Source: Deltaproteobacteria bacterium (lineage in GTDB: Bacteria > Myxococcota > Myxococcia > Myxococcales > 40CM-4-68-19). Taken from it: DNA of 64,000 bases. The notes under the pieces were generated by a model. It ran no database searches. It was not told where the DNA came from and saw only the letters and a program-made list of their open reading frames with translations. How positions within the stretch are numbered: position 1 is the first letter of the stretch; every line of letters begins with the position of its first letter. A program made the translations under genes and the position numbers. Location: NCBI GenBank assembly GCA_043781235.1, contig JAYWBT010000182.1, positions 140-64,139 on the forward strand, in the 5' to 3' direction. Positions 43,045 to 54,963 of this stretch are shown piece after piece.

Positions 43045-44361
43045 GTGCTCGCGCTCGCCATCGTCCTGGCGGCGGCGCAGCCCTCCGCGGCGCGCCGCAC
43101 GCCGCTCGTGGTCGCGGTGGAACGCGCCAGGGGCGCCGTCGTCAACATCAGCGCCCAGGAGATCGTCAAGGGACACGCCGCTACCGGCGACGCCTTCGAG
43201 CTCTTCTTTGGCGGAGGCCGCGCGCGCGACGAGGTGCACACCTCGCTCGGCTCGGGCTTCGTCTTCGACCCCGCGGGGTTCGTCCTCACCAACTATCACG
43301 TGGTCGCGCGCGGCAGCCGCGTGCGGGTGAGCTTCGACGACGGCAGCGAATACGAGGCCAAGGTGGTCGGCACCGACCCCGGCGGCGACCTCGCGGTGCT
43401 GAAGCTCGCCTCGGAGAAGAAGTTCCCCGCCGCGCCGCTGGGCCAGAGCGGAGACCTCATGTTGGGCGAGCCCACCATCGCCATCGGCAACCCCTTCGGG
43501 CTCAACCAGAGCGTCAGCGCCGGCGTGGTCTCCGCGCTGCACCGCACCGTGCGCGCCGAGGAGCACAGCTACTACGACTTCATCCAGACCGACGCGTCGA
43601 TCAACCCCGGCAACAGCGGCGGCCCGCTGCTCAACGCCGAGGGCAACGTGATCGGCGTCTGCTCCGCCATCTACGCCAACGCGCAGGGCATCGGGTTCGC
43701 CATCCCCATCGACCGCGCGCTGCGCGTCGCGCGCGAGTTGCAGAAGTCCGGCGAGCTCGCCGACACCTGGTGGGGCTTCGACGCCGAATCGCTCGCCGGC
43801 GAGGCGGCCGCGGCGATGGGCGTTCGCGTTGGCGCGCTGGTCACCACCATCGAGGAAGGGTCGCCCGCCGACAAAGCGGGCCTGCACCGCGGCGACGCGA
43901 TCACCCGCGTGGACAGCTCGCCGGTGCGCGACGCCGACGAGCTGCGCTTCCTGCTGCGCGATCTGCCGGTCGGCACCCGCGTCGCCGTCGGCCTGCAGCG
44001 CGGCAAGGAGAAGGCCGAGGTGCAGCTCAGCGCCGCGCGCCTCACCGTCGAAAAGCAGCAGGCGGTCTTCGAGACGCGCACCGGCCTGGGGGTCGTCGAG
44101 CTCTCTGCCGCACAGGCGCGCGACGCCGGCTACAAGACCAGCCGCAGCTCGATCCTGGCGGTGCGGAGCGTCGACCGCGGCTCGCCCGCCTCCCGCGTCG
44201 GCCTGCGCAAAGGTGATCTGGTGCTGTCGATCAACAGCGCCGAGGTGGACAACCTGCGCGACTTCCGCAAGGCGCTCTCGCAGGCGCGCAAGAGCGGCCG
44301 CGCCACGCTGCTCGTCCAGCGCGGGTACCAGCTGCAGGAGTTCGCGTTCGACCTGGGGTGA
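43045..44361 (+). CDS. HtrA/DegP-family serine protease with PDZ domains
   Basis: 438 aa. Catalytic-triad context TNYHVV, GGDLAVLK and GNSGGPLLN. The C-terminal half is PDZ-like. Confidence 0.9.
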   Translation: MLALAIVLAAAQPSAARRTPLVVAVERARGAVVNISAQEIVKGHAATGDAFELFFGGGRARDEVHTSLGSGFVFDPAGFVLTNYHVVARGSRVRVSFDDGSEYEAKVVGTDPGGDLAVLKLASEKKFPAAPLGQSGDLMLGEPTIAIGNPFGLNQSVSAGVVSALHRTVRAEEHSYYDFIQTDASINPGNSGGPLLNAEGNVIGVCSAIYANAQGIGFAIPIDRALRVARELQKSGELADTWWGFDAESLAGEAAAAMGVRVGALVTTIEEGSPADKAGLHRGDAITRVDSSPVRDADELRFLLRDLPVGTRVAVGLQRGKEKAEVQLSAARLTVEKQQAVFETRTGLGVVELSAAQARDAGYKTSRSSILAVRSVDRGSPASRVGLRKGDLVLSINSAEVDNLRDFRKALSQARKSGRATLLVQRGYQLQEFAFDLG

Positions 44362-44364
44362 CGC

Positions 44365-44631
44365 ATGGAAGAGAACAAGCTGGACTTCAACGCCTTCGTG
44401 CTCTCGCTCGGCTCGAGCGCCATTATCCACATGGGCGAGGCGCCCGATCCGACCACCGGCGAGAAGGCCGAGCCGAACCTCGCGCTCGCGCAGCAGTCGA
44501 TCGATCTGCTGGCGCTGTTGCAGGAAAAGACGCGCGGCAACCTCACCGCTGACGAGTCAAAGTTCATCGAGCAGATGCTCTACGACCTGCGCATGCTCTT
44601 CGTCAGCGTAAAGAAGACTGCGAAGAAGTAG
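44365..44631 (+). CDS. DUF1844 domain protein
   Basis: 88 aa. FNAFVLSLGSSAIIHMGE...LALAQQSIDLLALLQEKTRGNLTADE matches the DUF1844 pattern. Confidence 0.75.
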   Translation: MEENKLDFNAFVLSLGSSAIIHMGEAPDPTTGEKAEPNLALAQQSIDLLALLQEKTRGNLTADESKFIEQMLYDLRMLFVSVKKTAKK

Positions 44632-44644
44632 CACCCGGACCGGT

Positions 44645-45574
44645 TCAGGCCTCGCCAGGCTCCACGAACAGACCGTACTTGCGGTCGCCGTTCGCGCCGT
44701 CGATCACCCAGCCGACGCGCGCGCCAGCGAAGCGGTGCGGGCCCAGGCCGCAATCGGGCGTGAGCAGCCAGTTGAGCAGCCGCCGCGCGCGCACGGGATC
44801 GATGCCGAGCGTTTCGGAGAGAAAGACGATGGCGGCGCTGGTGAACTCGTCGAGCGGGACGCGCCGGCCGTGCTCATCCTCGGTGGTGCCGCCGTAGGCG
44901 ACGTCGGTGCGGGCGAGCGAGGCGTCCATCGAATCGAAGAGGAGCTGCAGGCGCTGCAGCCGCTGCCCCGCATCCGCCGAGCCACGCAGCTCGGCGAACG
45001 GCGCGCGGTAGACGAGCGGGCCCTCGACCGATCGGGCGAGCGCGGAACCAACGAGAGGATTGGTCGCGAGGCGTGCCGCCGCGTTCCCGATCAGCCGCTT
45101 GTGCGACGCGCGCCGGGCCGCGTCCTGCAGGCCGATCAGGCGCGCCGATAGAGCGGGCTGCGGGCCCAGCCTTTCCAGCAGCGCGGCCAACTCGCGCGCC
45201 GCGCCCGCGTCGTCGCCCAGCGCCTCGAGCGCCGCCGCTCGCTGCGCGCGCGCTCCCGTATGCTCCGGATCGATCGCCAGCGCATCGGCCTGCGCCTGCG
45301 CCGCGAGCCCGACCTCGCCCGCCTCGAGCAGCGCGATGCCGCGATCGTGCGGTGGCTCGGGATCGCGAGGTGCCAACTCTCCCGCCCGCCGGTACCAGCG
45401 CACCGCCACCCGCGGCTCGCCCGCCCGCTGCGCCGCGCGGCCCGCCGCCGTGGCCACGCGCGCGCGATCGAGCGGCGGCGCCTCGGCGAGCGCGCGGTCG
45501 AACAGCTCCTCCGCCTCGCGCGGCTGGTGCGCTTCGAGCCGCGCCCGGCCCTGCTGGATCAGCTCGTCCATCAT
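44645..45574 (-). CDS. TPR-like hypothetical protein
   Basis: 309 aa. N-terminal TPR-like helices. ATGA overlap with the upstream hydrolase stop. Confidence 0.6.
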   Translation of the reverse strand: MMDELIQQGRARLEAHQPREAEELFDRALAEAPPLDRARVATAAGRAAQRAGEPRVAVRWYRRAGELAPRDPEPPHDRGIALLEAGEVGLAAQAQADALAIDPEHTGARAQRAAALEALGDDAGAARELAALLERLGPQPALSARLIGLQDAARRASHKRLIGNAAARLATNPLVGSALARSVEGPLVYRAPFAELRGSADAGQRLQRLQLLFDSMDASLARTDVAYGGTTEDEHGRRVPLDEFTSAAIVFLSETLGIDPVRARRLLNWLLTPDCGLGPHRFAGARVGWVIDGANGDRKYGLFVEPGEA

Positions 45575-46581
45575 TGCTTCGGCGCCGCGCGCTTCAGCAG
45601 CCGCTCCAGCTCCGGCTTCCAGAACTCCGGGTGCGTGTGCGTCCCGTGACCGTAGGTCTGAGCGGAGGCCGGGATCAGCACGAACTCGCCGCGCGGGAGG
45701 CGCTTGATCTCGCGCTCCAGGATGCCGAGCTCCGGTGGATTGATGGTGTCGTCGGCGCTGTTCACCGCCGTCAGCGGCGCGGTGATCGTCTCCAGCTGAG
45801 GCGCCGGGTCATAGCTACGCGAAGCATCGAAGGCATAGAGGACGTCATTCGCATCATATCCGGGCAATCGCTTCTTCATCCATTCTTCATAGAATCCGTC
45901 CGCGGCCGCCCGCGTGGGATAGTCCGCCTGCCAGCGCAGCGGCGCGCTGCCCATCAGGAGAATCACGTTCAGCGCCGCGCGCAGCCCGAGCAGCGGCTCC
46001 TGCTTGTAATCGCCGCCGGCCCACGCCGGGTCATCGCGAATCGAATCCATCACCATCGTCCGCAGGATTCGATTGCGCCCCGCGATCTGCACCGGCGCGC
46101 TGGCGAGCGGCATCAGCGCGTCCATGAACCCGGGATACTTCTCGCCCCATACCCAAGCGTGCATTCCACCCATCGAGGTGCCGATCACCAACTTCACATG
46201 TTTGACGCCGAGCTGCAGCAGCAGGTCGTGCTGCGCGGCCACCATGTCGTCGTAATCGTAATGGGGAAACCGCGCGTGCATTCCGTCGCTCGGCTTCGAC
46301 GACTTTCCGTGGCCGATGCCGTCGGGCATCACGATGAAGTGCGTCTTTGCATCGAGCGGCTGGCCCTCGTCGAAGAGCGCGCCGGCGAAGCCCGGTCCGG
46401 TGAACTGCGCGCCGCTGCCGGTGGTGCCGTGCAGCACCAGCACAGCGGGGTGGTCCGGGGTTCCCCAGGTCCGGTAATGCACGCGCAGATCCAATGCTTC
46501 GCCCGAGGCGAAGTGGAAGTGCGGGAGGACCTTGTCGCCCTCGGAGGGCGCGGCCAAAGCAAGCAGAAGGGCGAATAGCAT
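45571..46581 (-). CDS. Secreted alpha/beta hydrolase (homoserine O-acetyltransferase-like fold)
   Basis: 336 aa. Signal-like N-terminus, [11 protein letters not shown], and nucleophile elbow GTSMGG. Confidence 0.75.
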   Translation of the reverse strand: MLFALLLALAAPSEGDKVLPHFHFASGEALDLRVHYRTWGTPDHPAVLVLHGTTGSGAQFTGPGFAGALFDEGQPLDAKTHFIVMPDGIGHGKSSKPSDGMHARFPHYDYDDMVAAQHDLLLQLGVKHVKLVIGTSMGGMHAWVWGEKYPGFMDALMPLASAPVQIAGRNRILRTMVMDSIRDDPAWAGGDYKQEPLLGLRAALNVILLMGSAPLRWQADYPTRAAADGFYEEWMKKRLPGYDANDVLYAFDASRSYDPAPQLETITAPLTAVNSADDTINPPELGILEREIKRLPRGEFVLIPASAQTYGHGTHTHPEFWKPELERLLKRAAPKQ

Positions 46582-46636
46582 TCACTCCGGATACCACGCG
46601 TCTTGCCACGCTGTTTGGCTGCGTTACGTTCCGGCC

Positions 46637-49240
<2,604 letters not shown>

Positions 49241-49250
49241 GGATCGCACC

Positions 49251-49730
49251 ATGGACCTCGAAGCCCTTCGCGAGCAGTCCGGTCTGCGCCTCGATCGCGA
49301 GGGGCGGTTCTGGCACCGCGACGAGCTCGTCGAGCACGCGCGCACCCTCGTGGTGCTGCATCGAGGATTGCACCGCGCTCCCAATGGCCGCTGGGCCACG
49401 CGCATCGGCCCCGAGTGGGGCTATGTCGAGGTCGAAGACGCGGCGCTCTGGCTCCGCCGCATCGAGCCCGAGGGCGCAAGCCTGCGAGCGCAGCTCGCCT
49501 CGGGCGCGTGGGTTGTCATCGAGCCATCAACTCTGATGCTCGGCGCCAGCGACGCGCTCTATGCGCGCGTCGACGGCGAGCGCGCCCGGCTCACGCGGGC
49601 GGCGCAGCTCTCGCTCTCGGAATGCCTGCGCGAGGAGGCCGGCTCGTTCTACCTGGAGCTCGGCGGCGTCCGCCATCGCATCGGCCGCGACAGCGGCCCC
49701 GAGCCGGTCCGACCTGGGCGCGACAGCTGA
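49251..49730 (+). CDS. Hypothetical protein (159 aa)
   Basis: ATG has a GAGGA SD and lies 10 nt after the clpB stop. Coding-like composition. No family recognised. Confidence 0.55.
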   Translation: MDLEALREQSGLRLDREGRFWHRDELVEHARTLVVLHRGLHRAPNGRWATRIGPEWGYVEVEDAALWLRRIEPEGASLRAQLASGAWVVIEPSTLMLGASDALYARVDGERARLTRAAQLSLSECLREEAGSFYLELGGVRHRIGRDSGPEPVRPGRDS

Positions 49731-49804
49731 CCGGCGCCGGTGCCTGGTTTACCTTTGAGAGCTTAGAGGTTGACGATTCTGGCTTTGCAGTTTACCTTTC
49801 CGCG

Positions 49805-50809
49805 ATGCCTCGCCCCGATCCCTCCCGCGTCATCGACTCGCTGCTCGGGGAAGCGCGGCCCTTCTCCAGCTCCGAGGTGGCGAAGCGTGCTGGGGTGTCC
49901 CGCCAGGCGGCGCACAAGGCGCTTCGAAAGCTCGAGCTGGCGGGAAGCGTTCGCAGGGAGGGTGCGGGCCGCGCGGCGCGGTGGCTCGGCAAGACGGGTG
50001 GGCCGCTTCGCCTGCGCTTTCCGCTGGCGACCTCGGCCGAGGATCGGATCTGGAGCGAGCACCTGGCCTCTCATCCTGCGGTCCGGGCGCTCGGCTCCAG
50101 CGCGCGGGCGCTGCTTTCGTATGCGGCGACGGAGATGCTGAACAACGCCATCGAGCACTCAGCCGGCCGCGAGCTCGAGTTGCGATTCGAGGTGGCCGGT
50201 TCAAAGCTGGTTCTCGAAGTGCTGGATGACGGCTTGGGAATCTTCGAGCACGTCAGGGAGAAGCTGAAGCTTCCGCTTGTTCTCGACGCCGCCGCCGAGC
50301 TGACCAAGGGCAAGGTCACGACCGACCCCGCCCGCCACACAGGAGAGGGAATCTTCTTCACCAGCAAGGCCGCCACGCGCTTCGAGGCGCAGAGCAGCGG
50401 GCTGCGATGGGTGGTGGACAACGAGCGCGGCGACACCGCGATCCTGGAAGCGCCCCCAACCACTGGAACACGCATTCGAGTCGAGCTTCTGCGCAAGCCG
50501 AGGCGTTCCCTGAAGCAGATCTTCGCTCGCTACACCGACGAATTCGCCTTCACGCGCACCGAGATCGTGGTCAAGCTATTCGACAACGGCAGCGAGTTCG
50601 TCTCCCGCTCAGAGGCGCGGCGGCTCCTGCATGGGCTCGACCGATTTCGCCGGGTGACGCTCGATTTCCGCGGCGTTCGTGGCGTCGGGCAGGGCTTTGC
50701 CGACGAAGTGTTTCGCGTCTGGCCCGCGCAGTATCCCGGGATCGAGCTGAAGCCAATCCAGATGGCCGCGCCGGTGAAGTTCATGGTCCTTCGCGCGACC
50801 CGGCGCTAG
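49805..50809 (+). CDS. wHTH + HATPase-like + STAS-like (DUF4325) fusion protein
   Basis: Within ORF 49415..50809, trimmed to ATG 49805 (MPRPDPSRVIDSLL...). HTH-like SSSEVAKRAGVSRQAAHKALRKLELAG. ATPase-like EMLNNAIEHS...VLDDGLGIF...GEGIFF. C-terminal RRVTLDFRGVRGVGQGFADEVFRVW is DUF4325-like. Confidence 0.7.
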   Translation: MPRPDPSRVIDSLLGEARPFSSSEVAKRAGVSRQAAHKALRKLELAGSVRREGAGRAARWLGKTGGPLRLRFPLATSAEDRIWSEHLASHPAVRALGSSARALLSYAATEMLNNAIEHSAGRELELRFEVAGSKLVLEVLDDGLGIFEHVREKLKLPLVLDAAAELTKGKVTTDPARHTGEGIFFTSKAATRFEAQSSGLRWVVDNERGDTAILEAPPTTGTRIRVELLRKPRRSLKQIFARYTDEFAFTRTEIVVKLFDNGSEFVSRSEARRLLHGLDRFRRVTLDFRGVRGVGQGFADEVFRVWPAQYPGIELKPIQMAAPVKFMVLRATRR

Positions 50810-51240
50810 CGTCTGACGGCGCGCCTGCCGATGCGGACGCCGGCGGCGCCTGCGGCGATGCTGACGAGAAGGCCCGCGGCGCGGACCAGGGCGAGCTGCG
50901 GCGGGCCGAGCGCGTCGAGGCCTTCGCCGAGCGCGATCACCAGCGCGGGGACGGACGCGGCGATGGCGCCGCCAGCAGCGCCCACGGCGGCGGGAAGCTC
51001 GGCGCTCAGCCCCGCCAGCGCGGCGACCGCGAGGACCGCGACGGCGAGCACCGCCGAGAGCGCTGCCTGCCCGAGCGCGGCCTGCCCCAGCTCCTTCGAG
51101 GAAAGCGACGCGAAGCGGGCGATGGAGCCCGAGATCGCGATCGAGACGAACGCCTGCAGCACCGCCGCGAAGAGGCCGATGGCGGCCGCCCAGGCGAACA
51201 GCCGCACCGCGGTCGAAGCGCGATTACTCATCTTCGTCAT
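50806..51240 (-). CDS. Hypothetical Ala-rich membrane protein
   Basis: 144 aa with 3-4 hydrophobic segments. It is convergent with the previous gene, with a 4-nt overlap. Confidence 0.5.
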   Translation of the reverse strand: MTKMSNRASTAVRLFAWAAAIGLFAAVLQAFVSIAISGSIARFASLSSKELGQAALGQAALSAVLAVAVLAVAALAGLSAELPAAVGAAGGAIAASVPALVIALGEGLDALGPPQLALVRAAGLLVSIAAGAAGVRIGRRAVRR

Positions 51241-52000
51241 CCGCCGAAGAAGCCAGCTCCGGCGCAGAGAGCGCGCGTGCCGCGGTGCCGCCGTCCGCCT
51301 GGGCGCGCGGGTCGGCGGCGCCGGGCTGCGCGCGCGGGTCGGCGTTTCCCGGCAGGTAGAAGACCTCGTCGAGCACCAGCCCGTGCGGCGGCGCGGTGGG
51401 CCCGGCGAGGGTGCGGTCGCGGCTCTCGATTAAAGCAGCTATCGAGTCCGGCGCGCGACGGCCGTGGCCGACCTCGATCAGCGTTCCGACGATATTGCGG
51501 ACCATATGCTTGAGGAAGGCGGTGGCCTCGACGATGACGGTGAGATCGTCGCGGATCTCGAGGCGCCTGATTTCGCGCACCGTGGTGAGAGCGTGGCAAT
51601 TCGAAGCTCGCAGCGCGGAGAAGTCGTGACGGCCGATCAGCTGCGCGGCGGCCGTGCGCATTGCCGCGAGATCGACCGGCCGGCGGATCTCCCAGACGCG
51701 CCCGCGCCGCAACGGCGAGCGCACCCGCGTTTGCAATACTGAATATTGATATCGCTTCCCGCGCGCCCAGCGCCGCGCGTCGAAGCCGTCGGGCGCGAGC
51801 TCGGCCCGCACGCACGACACCTCGGGCGGCAGCAAGCCATTCAATCCCACCGTCCAGGCTTTCAATGGCAGCTCGCGCGGCGGCATCAAAGACGCCACCT
51901 GCCCGCGCGCGTGCACGCCAGCGTCGGTGCGTCCCGCGCCGGTCATGCGCACCGGCGCTCCGCACAGTCTGGAAGCCGCCTCTTCGAGCACGCCCTGCAC
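51224..52000 (-). CDS. truA: tRNA pseudouridine(38-40) synthase TruA (annotated start probably too short, see findings)
   Basis: GAGRTDAGVHARGQV catalytic motif. The conserved N-terminal strand KLTLEYDGSAFVGWQVQ is encoded in frame upstream of GTG 52000, up to ~52081. Confidence 0.85.
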   Translation of the reverse strand: MQGVLEEAASRLCGAPVRMTGAGRTDAGVHARGQVASLMPPRELPLKAWTVGLNGLLPPEVSCVRAELAPDGFDARRWARGKRYQYSVLQTRVRSPLRRGRVWEIRRPVDLAAMRTAAAQLIGRHDFSALRASNCHALTTVREIRRLEIRDDLTVIVEATAFLKHMVRNIVGTLIEVGHGRRAPDSIAALIESRDRTLAGPTAPPHGLVLDEVFYLPGNADPRAQPGAADPRAQADGGTAARALSAPELASSADDEDE

Positions 52001-52083
52001 GCTCGGCCCATTGGGCTGTACCTGCCAGCCGACGAAAGCGCTCCCGTCGTACTCGAGCGTGAGCTTGAGCGTCCCGGGCGTGG

Positions 52084-53148
52084 CTACTTCCCCTCCGCAG
52101 CCGCGGGGGCCGGCTCGGCGTCCGCTTTCTTCCGCTCGACCGCGTCCGCGGCGGCGAAGCGCGCGATCAGGTCGTTCACGTTCATGGTCTGCAGCCCGCC
52201 GCCTTTCCCGCCGCCGGGCAGGAAGATGATCTGCTTGCCCGCCAGCGCCTCGGCGACCTTGAGCTTCACCATGGTCTTGCCGCCCGCGCCGCTCATGGCC
52301 GCGTTCTGCTTGGAGACGCCCTGCGCGTGCGCGCGCCGCTCGGCCACGATGGCCTCCGCCTCGCGCTGCGCCTTGAAGAAGTCGGCGTCGGCGTGCAGCT
52401 TCACCTGATCGAGCGCGCCGGTCGCCTTGGCGATCTGCTGCGCGACCTGCCCCTTGGCCGTCTCGAGGTTGCGAATCGACTCCTGCGTCGCGGCGTTGCC
52501 CTCGGAGACACTGCGCTCCGCCGTCTGCTCCGCCAGCTTCTTGTCGTGAATGACCTTCTCGTATTCAGGCGTGAAGTGGTGCTCGCCGAGAATCACGCGC
52601 TCGACGATGACGCCCTCGGGGCCCAGCACCTTGGCGAGGTTGTCGCGCGCCTCCTCCGCCTTCTGGAAGCGCTTGTCCGAGACGTAGAACTCCTCGCTGG
52701 TCATGGTGTTCAAAGCGTCGCGCACGATGCTGCGGCAGGCGGGCCGGACCAGGTGCTCCTTCACGTCGGGCGTCGAGCGGCCCACGTGCTCGGTGATATA
52801 GGCCGCCTTGGCGGTGTCGATGCGCCACGCGACCGTGACGTCCACCGCGATGTCGTTGCCGTCGTGGGTCTTGAACTCGATGTCGTCGCGTCCCGCCCGA
52901 TCGCCTTTCGTCGCCGCCGCGATCATCTCCAGGTTCTGCAGCGCGACATTGAAGACGTTCCAATCGGTGATCAGCGCGGGGAAGGTGTAGGTCGCGCCCG
53001 GGGGGTAGGTCTCGGTTTGGACGCCCGACTTTCCCAGCAGCCCGAGGAAGGTCACCTTGCGCGTCAGCACGCCGACCTCGGTGGAGTCGGTGCTGTGAAA
53101 AGTGCAGGCGGAGGCGAGCAGCAGCAGCGGCAGAAGTCGGCGCACCAT
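52084..53148 (-). CDS. SPFH/band-7 domain lipoprotein
   Basis: 354 aa. LLLLASAC lipobox, an SPFH core (...DIAVDVTVAWRID...VRPACRSIVRDALN...), and a coiled-coil tail. Confidence 0.75.
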   Translation of the reverse strand: MVRRLLPLLLLASACTFHSTDSTEVGVLTRKVTFLGLLGKSGVQTETYPPGATYTFPALITDWNVFNVALQNLEMIAAATKGDRAGRDDIEFKTHDGNDIAVDVTVAWRIDTAKAAYITEHVGRSTPDVKEHLVRPACRSIVRDALNTMTSEEFYVSDKRFQKAEEARDNLAKVLGPEGVIVERVILGEHHFTPEYEKVIHDKKLAEQTAERSVSEGNAATQESIRNLETAKGQVAQQIAKATGALDQVKLHADADFFKAQREAEAIVAERRAHAQGVSKQNAAMSGAGGKTMVKLKVAEALAGKQIIFLPGGGKGGGLQTMNVNDLIARFAAADAVERKKADAEPAPAAAEGK

Positions 53149-54191
53149 TACTCCTTCACATCGAAGCGCTTGAGCAGCGAGCGCAGGTCGAGCGGGTTCA
53201 TGGCGCCCTCGCCGTCGGTGGGCAGCACGATCACGCGGGTGCCGCGCAGCGCCTCGGCCATCTTGAGCCCGACCAGGTTCTCGCTGCCGACGCCGCGCAG
53301 CGCCTGGTTTTCCAGCTCGATGCCCTGCGCCTCGGCGAGCTTGACCAGCAGGTCCCCCTCGGCCGCTTTCTTGCGCCGGTAGAGATCGCCCCCGGCCTCG
53401 AGCTTCTTCACCTCGGCGTCGCCGCGCGTCAGCTCGACCAGCACCGCCGCCGCGCCCTGCGCGACGATCTTGTTTTTGCCCGCGTTGGCGGTGGCGGCCT
53501 TCGCTTCGGCCTCGTTCTTGTAAACGGTCTGGTCCTGGATCTTCCGCTGCTCGATCGCCTGCTGGTAGCGCTGATCGTAGATATAGCGGCGGACCAGCAC
53601 CTGCAGCACCTCGATGCCCTTGTCCTTGAGCTCCGCCGAGAGCTGCTGCTGCGCCTCGTGCGCTTTGTCCATGCGCTTGGTGCCGCGGTAGAAGTCCTCC
53701 GCGTCGAGCTCGCCCAGCGTGCGGCGCAGATCCTGGGTGGCTCGCGGAATCACCGCGCTATCTTCGAAGAGCCGGCCCGGCCCGATGGTGGTCATCACCT
53801 TCAGCGGATCGTAGATGCGATACAGCACGGTCGCATCGACCTGGACGTTATAGCCTTCGCTGGTCTGGATATTGATCGCCGTCGTGGTGCGGTGTCCTTC
53901 GATATCGGCGCTCCCCTCGCTGCTCGAGTTGGTCAGCTCCAATACCTGGAGGCTGGTGGGAAAGATGTGCATGGTCTCGCCGACGCCGACGTAATGAAGG
54001 CCGACGCCGTAAATGCGCGGCTCGATGCCCTTGCCGGGGCCGAGCTTGATCTGCTTCACCCCGGCCTCACCCGGCCGCACGTAGGTGCTGCACGAGTTGT
54101 AGCCGACCAGGATCACCAGCAGCGTCGAGGCGGCGATCCAGATCCGCCCGAGACCTTTCGGCAGGTGGATGCGGGGAATATCGATGGCCAT
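53148..54191 (-). CDS. SPFH/band-7 domain membrane protein
   Basis: ORF 53148..55199 trimmed to ATG 54191 (MAIDIPRIHLPKGLGRIWIAASTLLVILVGY...NVQVDATVLYRIYDP...). One-nt overlaps on both sides. Confidence 0.75.
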   Translation of the reverse strand: MAIDIPRIHLPKGLGRIWIAASTLLVILVGYNSCSTYVRPGEAGVKQIKLGPGKGIEPRIYGVGLHYVGVGETMHIFPTSLQVLELTNSSSEGSADIEGHRTTTAINIQTSEGYNVQVDATVLYRIYDPLKVMTTIGPGRLFEDSAVIPRATQDLRRTLGELDAEDFYRGTKRMDKAHEAQQQLSAELKDKGIEVLQVLVRRYIYDQRYQQAIEQRKIQDQTVYKNEAEAKAATANAGKNKIVAQGAAAVLVELTRGDAEVKKLEAGGDLYRRKKAAEGDLLVKLAEAQGIELENQALRGVGSENLVGLKMAEALRGTRVIVLPTDGEGAMNPLDLRSLLKRFDVKE

Positions 54192-54820
54192 CAGCTCCTC
54201 ACCTTCGTTGGATCGTGCGCGCCTTCGAGGCCGCTGGTGGCGGGCGCGTCGACCAGGTCGGCGCGCAGGCTCTCCTGCACCTCGCTGAGCGGCCGATAGG
54301 TCTCGAGGCTGTCGGCGGCCTTCGCCAGATCGGCGATCAGCAGCGCGAGCTTCTTCCGGTAGCGCCGCCGGAACCACCACAGGGCGGCGTCGGGGAAGAG
54401 CGGGCCCGCGATCAGCATCAGCGCGGGAAACCACTTCGCGTAGATGGGGATGTACGGCGTCTCGACGGCGATGATGCCGAGGAGAAAGCCCGCCGCCGCG
54501 AAGGCCGCGCGCGAGACCAGATCGCCGCCGCGCCAGATGCCGTAGTCGCGGTTGGCGAGCGCAATCTCGTCCCGCGCCAGCGCGGCGTAGCGCGGAATCA
54601 CCACGTCCTCGACCGCGGCGCGCACGCGCTGCCAGTACTTCGGGTCGGTCACGCCAAGTTCGGAGCACTGCCGCTCCATCTGCGCGATCTCGTCCTCGGC
54701 CTCGTGGCGCAGCGCCGCGTCGATCTCCCGCGACCACTCGCGAAGGCTGAGGCGCCGCCGCTCGAACGACTCGATCAAATAGCGGCCGACCGCCGCCAGC
54801 GAATATTTCTCGGGAACCAT
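54191..54820 (-). CDS. Hypothetical membrane protein, first gene of the SPFH operon
   Basis: 209 aa with two central TM segments (AAFAAAGFLLGIIAV..., WFPALMLIAGPLF). Confidence 0.55.
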   Translation of the reverse strand: MVPEKYSLAAVGRYLIESFERRRLSLREWSREIDAALRHEAEDEIAQMERQCSELGVTDPKYWQRVRAAVEDVVIPRYAALARDEIALANRDYGIWRGGDLVSRAAFAAAGFLLGIIAVETPYIPIYAKWFPALMLIAGPLFPDAALWWFRRRYRKKLALLIADLAKAADSLETYRPLSEVQESLRADLVDAPATSGLEGAHDPTKVRS

Positions 54821-54963
54821 GGGGACGCTTCCTTAGCACGCACGGGCGGCCGCCGCATTGCGCTGTTGAGCGCCGTTTCACCAGGCCGCCGCCGGGCGTC
54901 CCCGAGCCCTGCCGGCGGCACAGTCGCGTTGCCGAATACGGCAACACGCGGCTAGAGTCGGGA

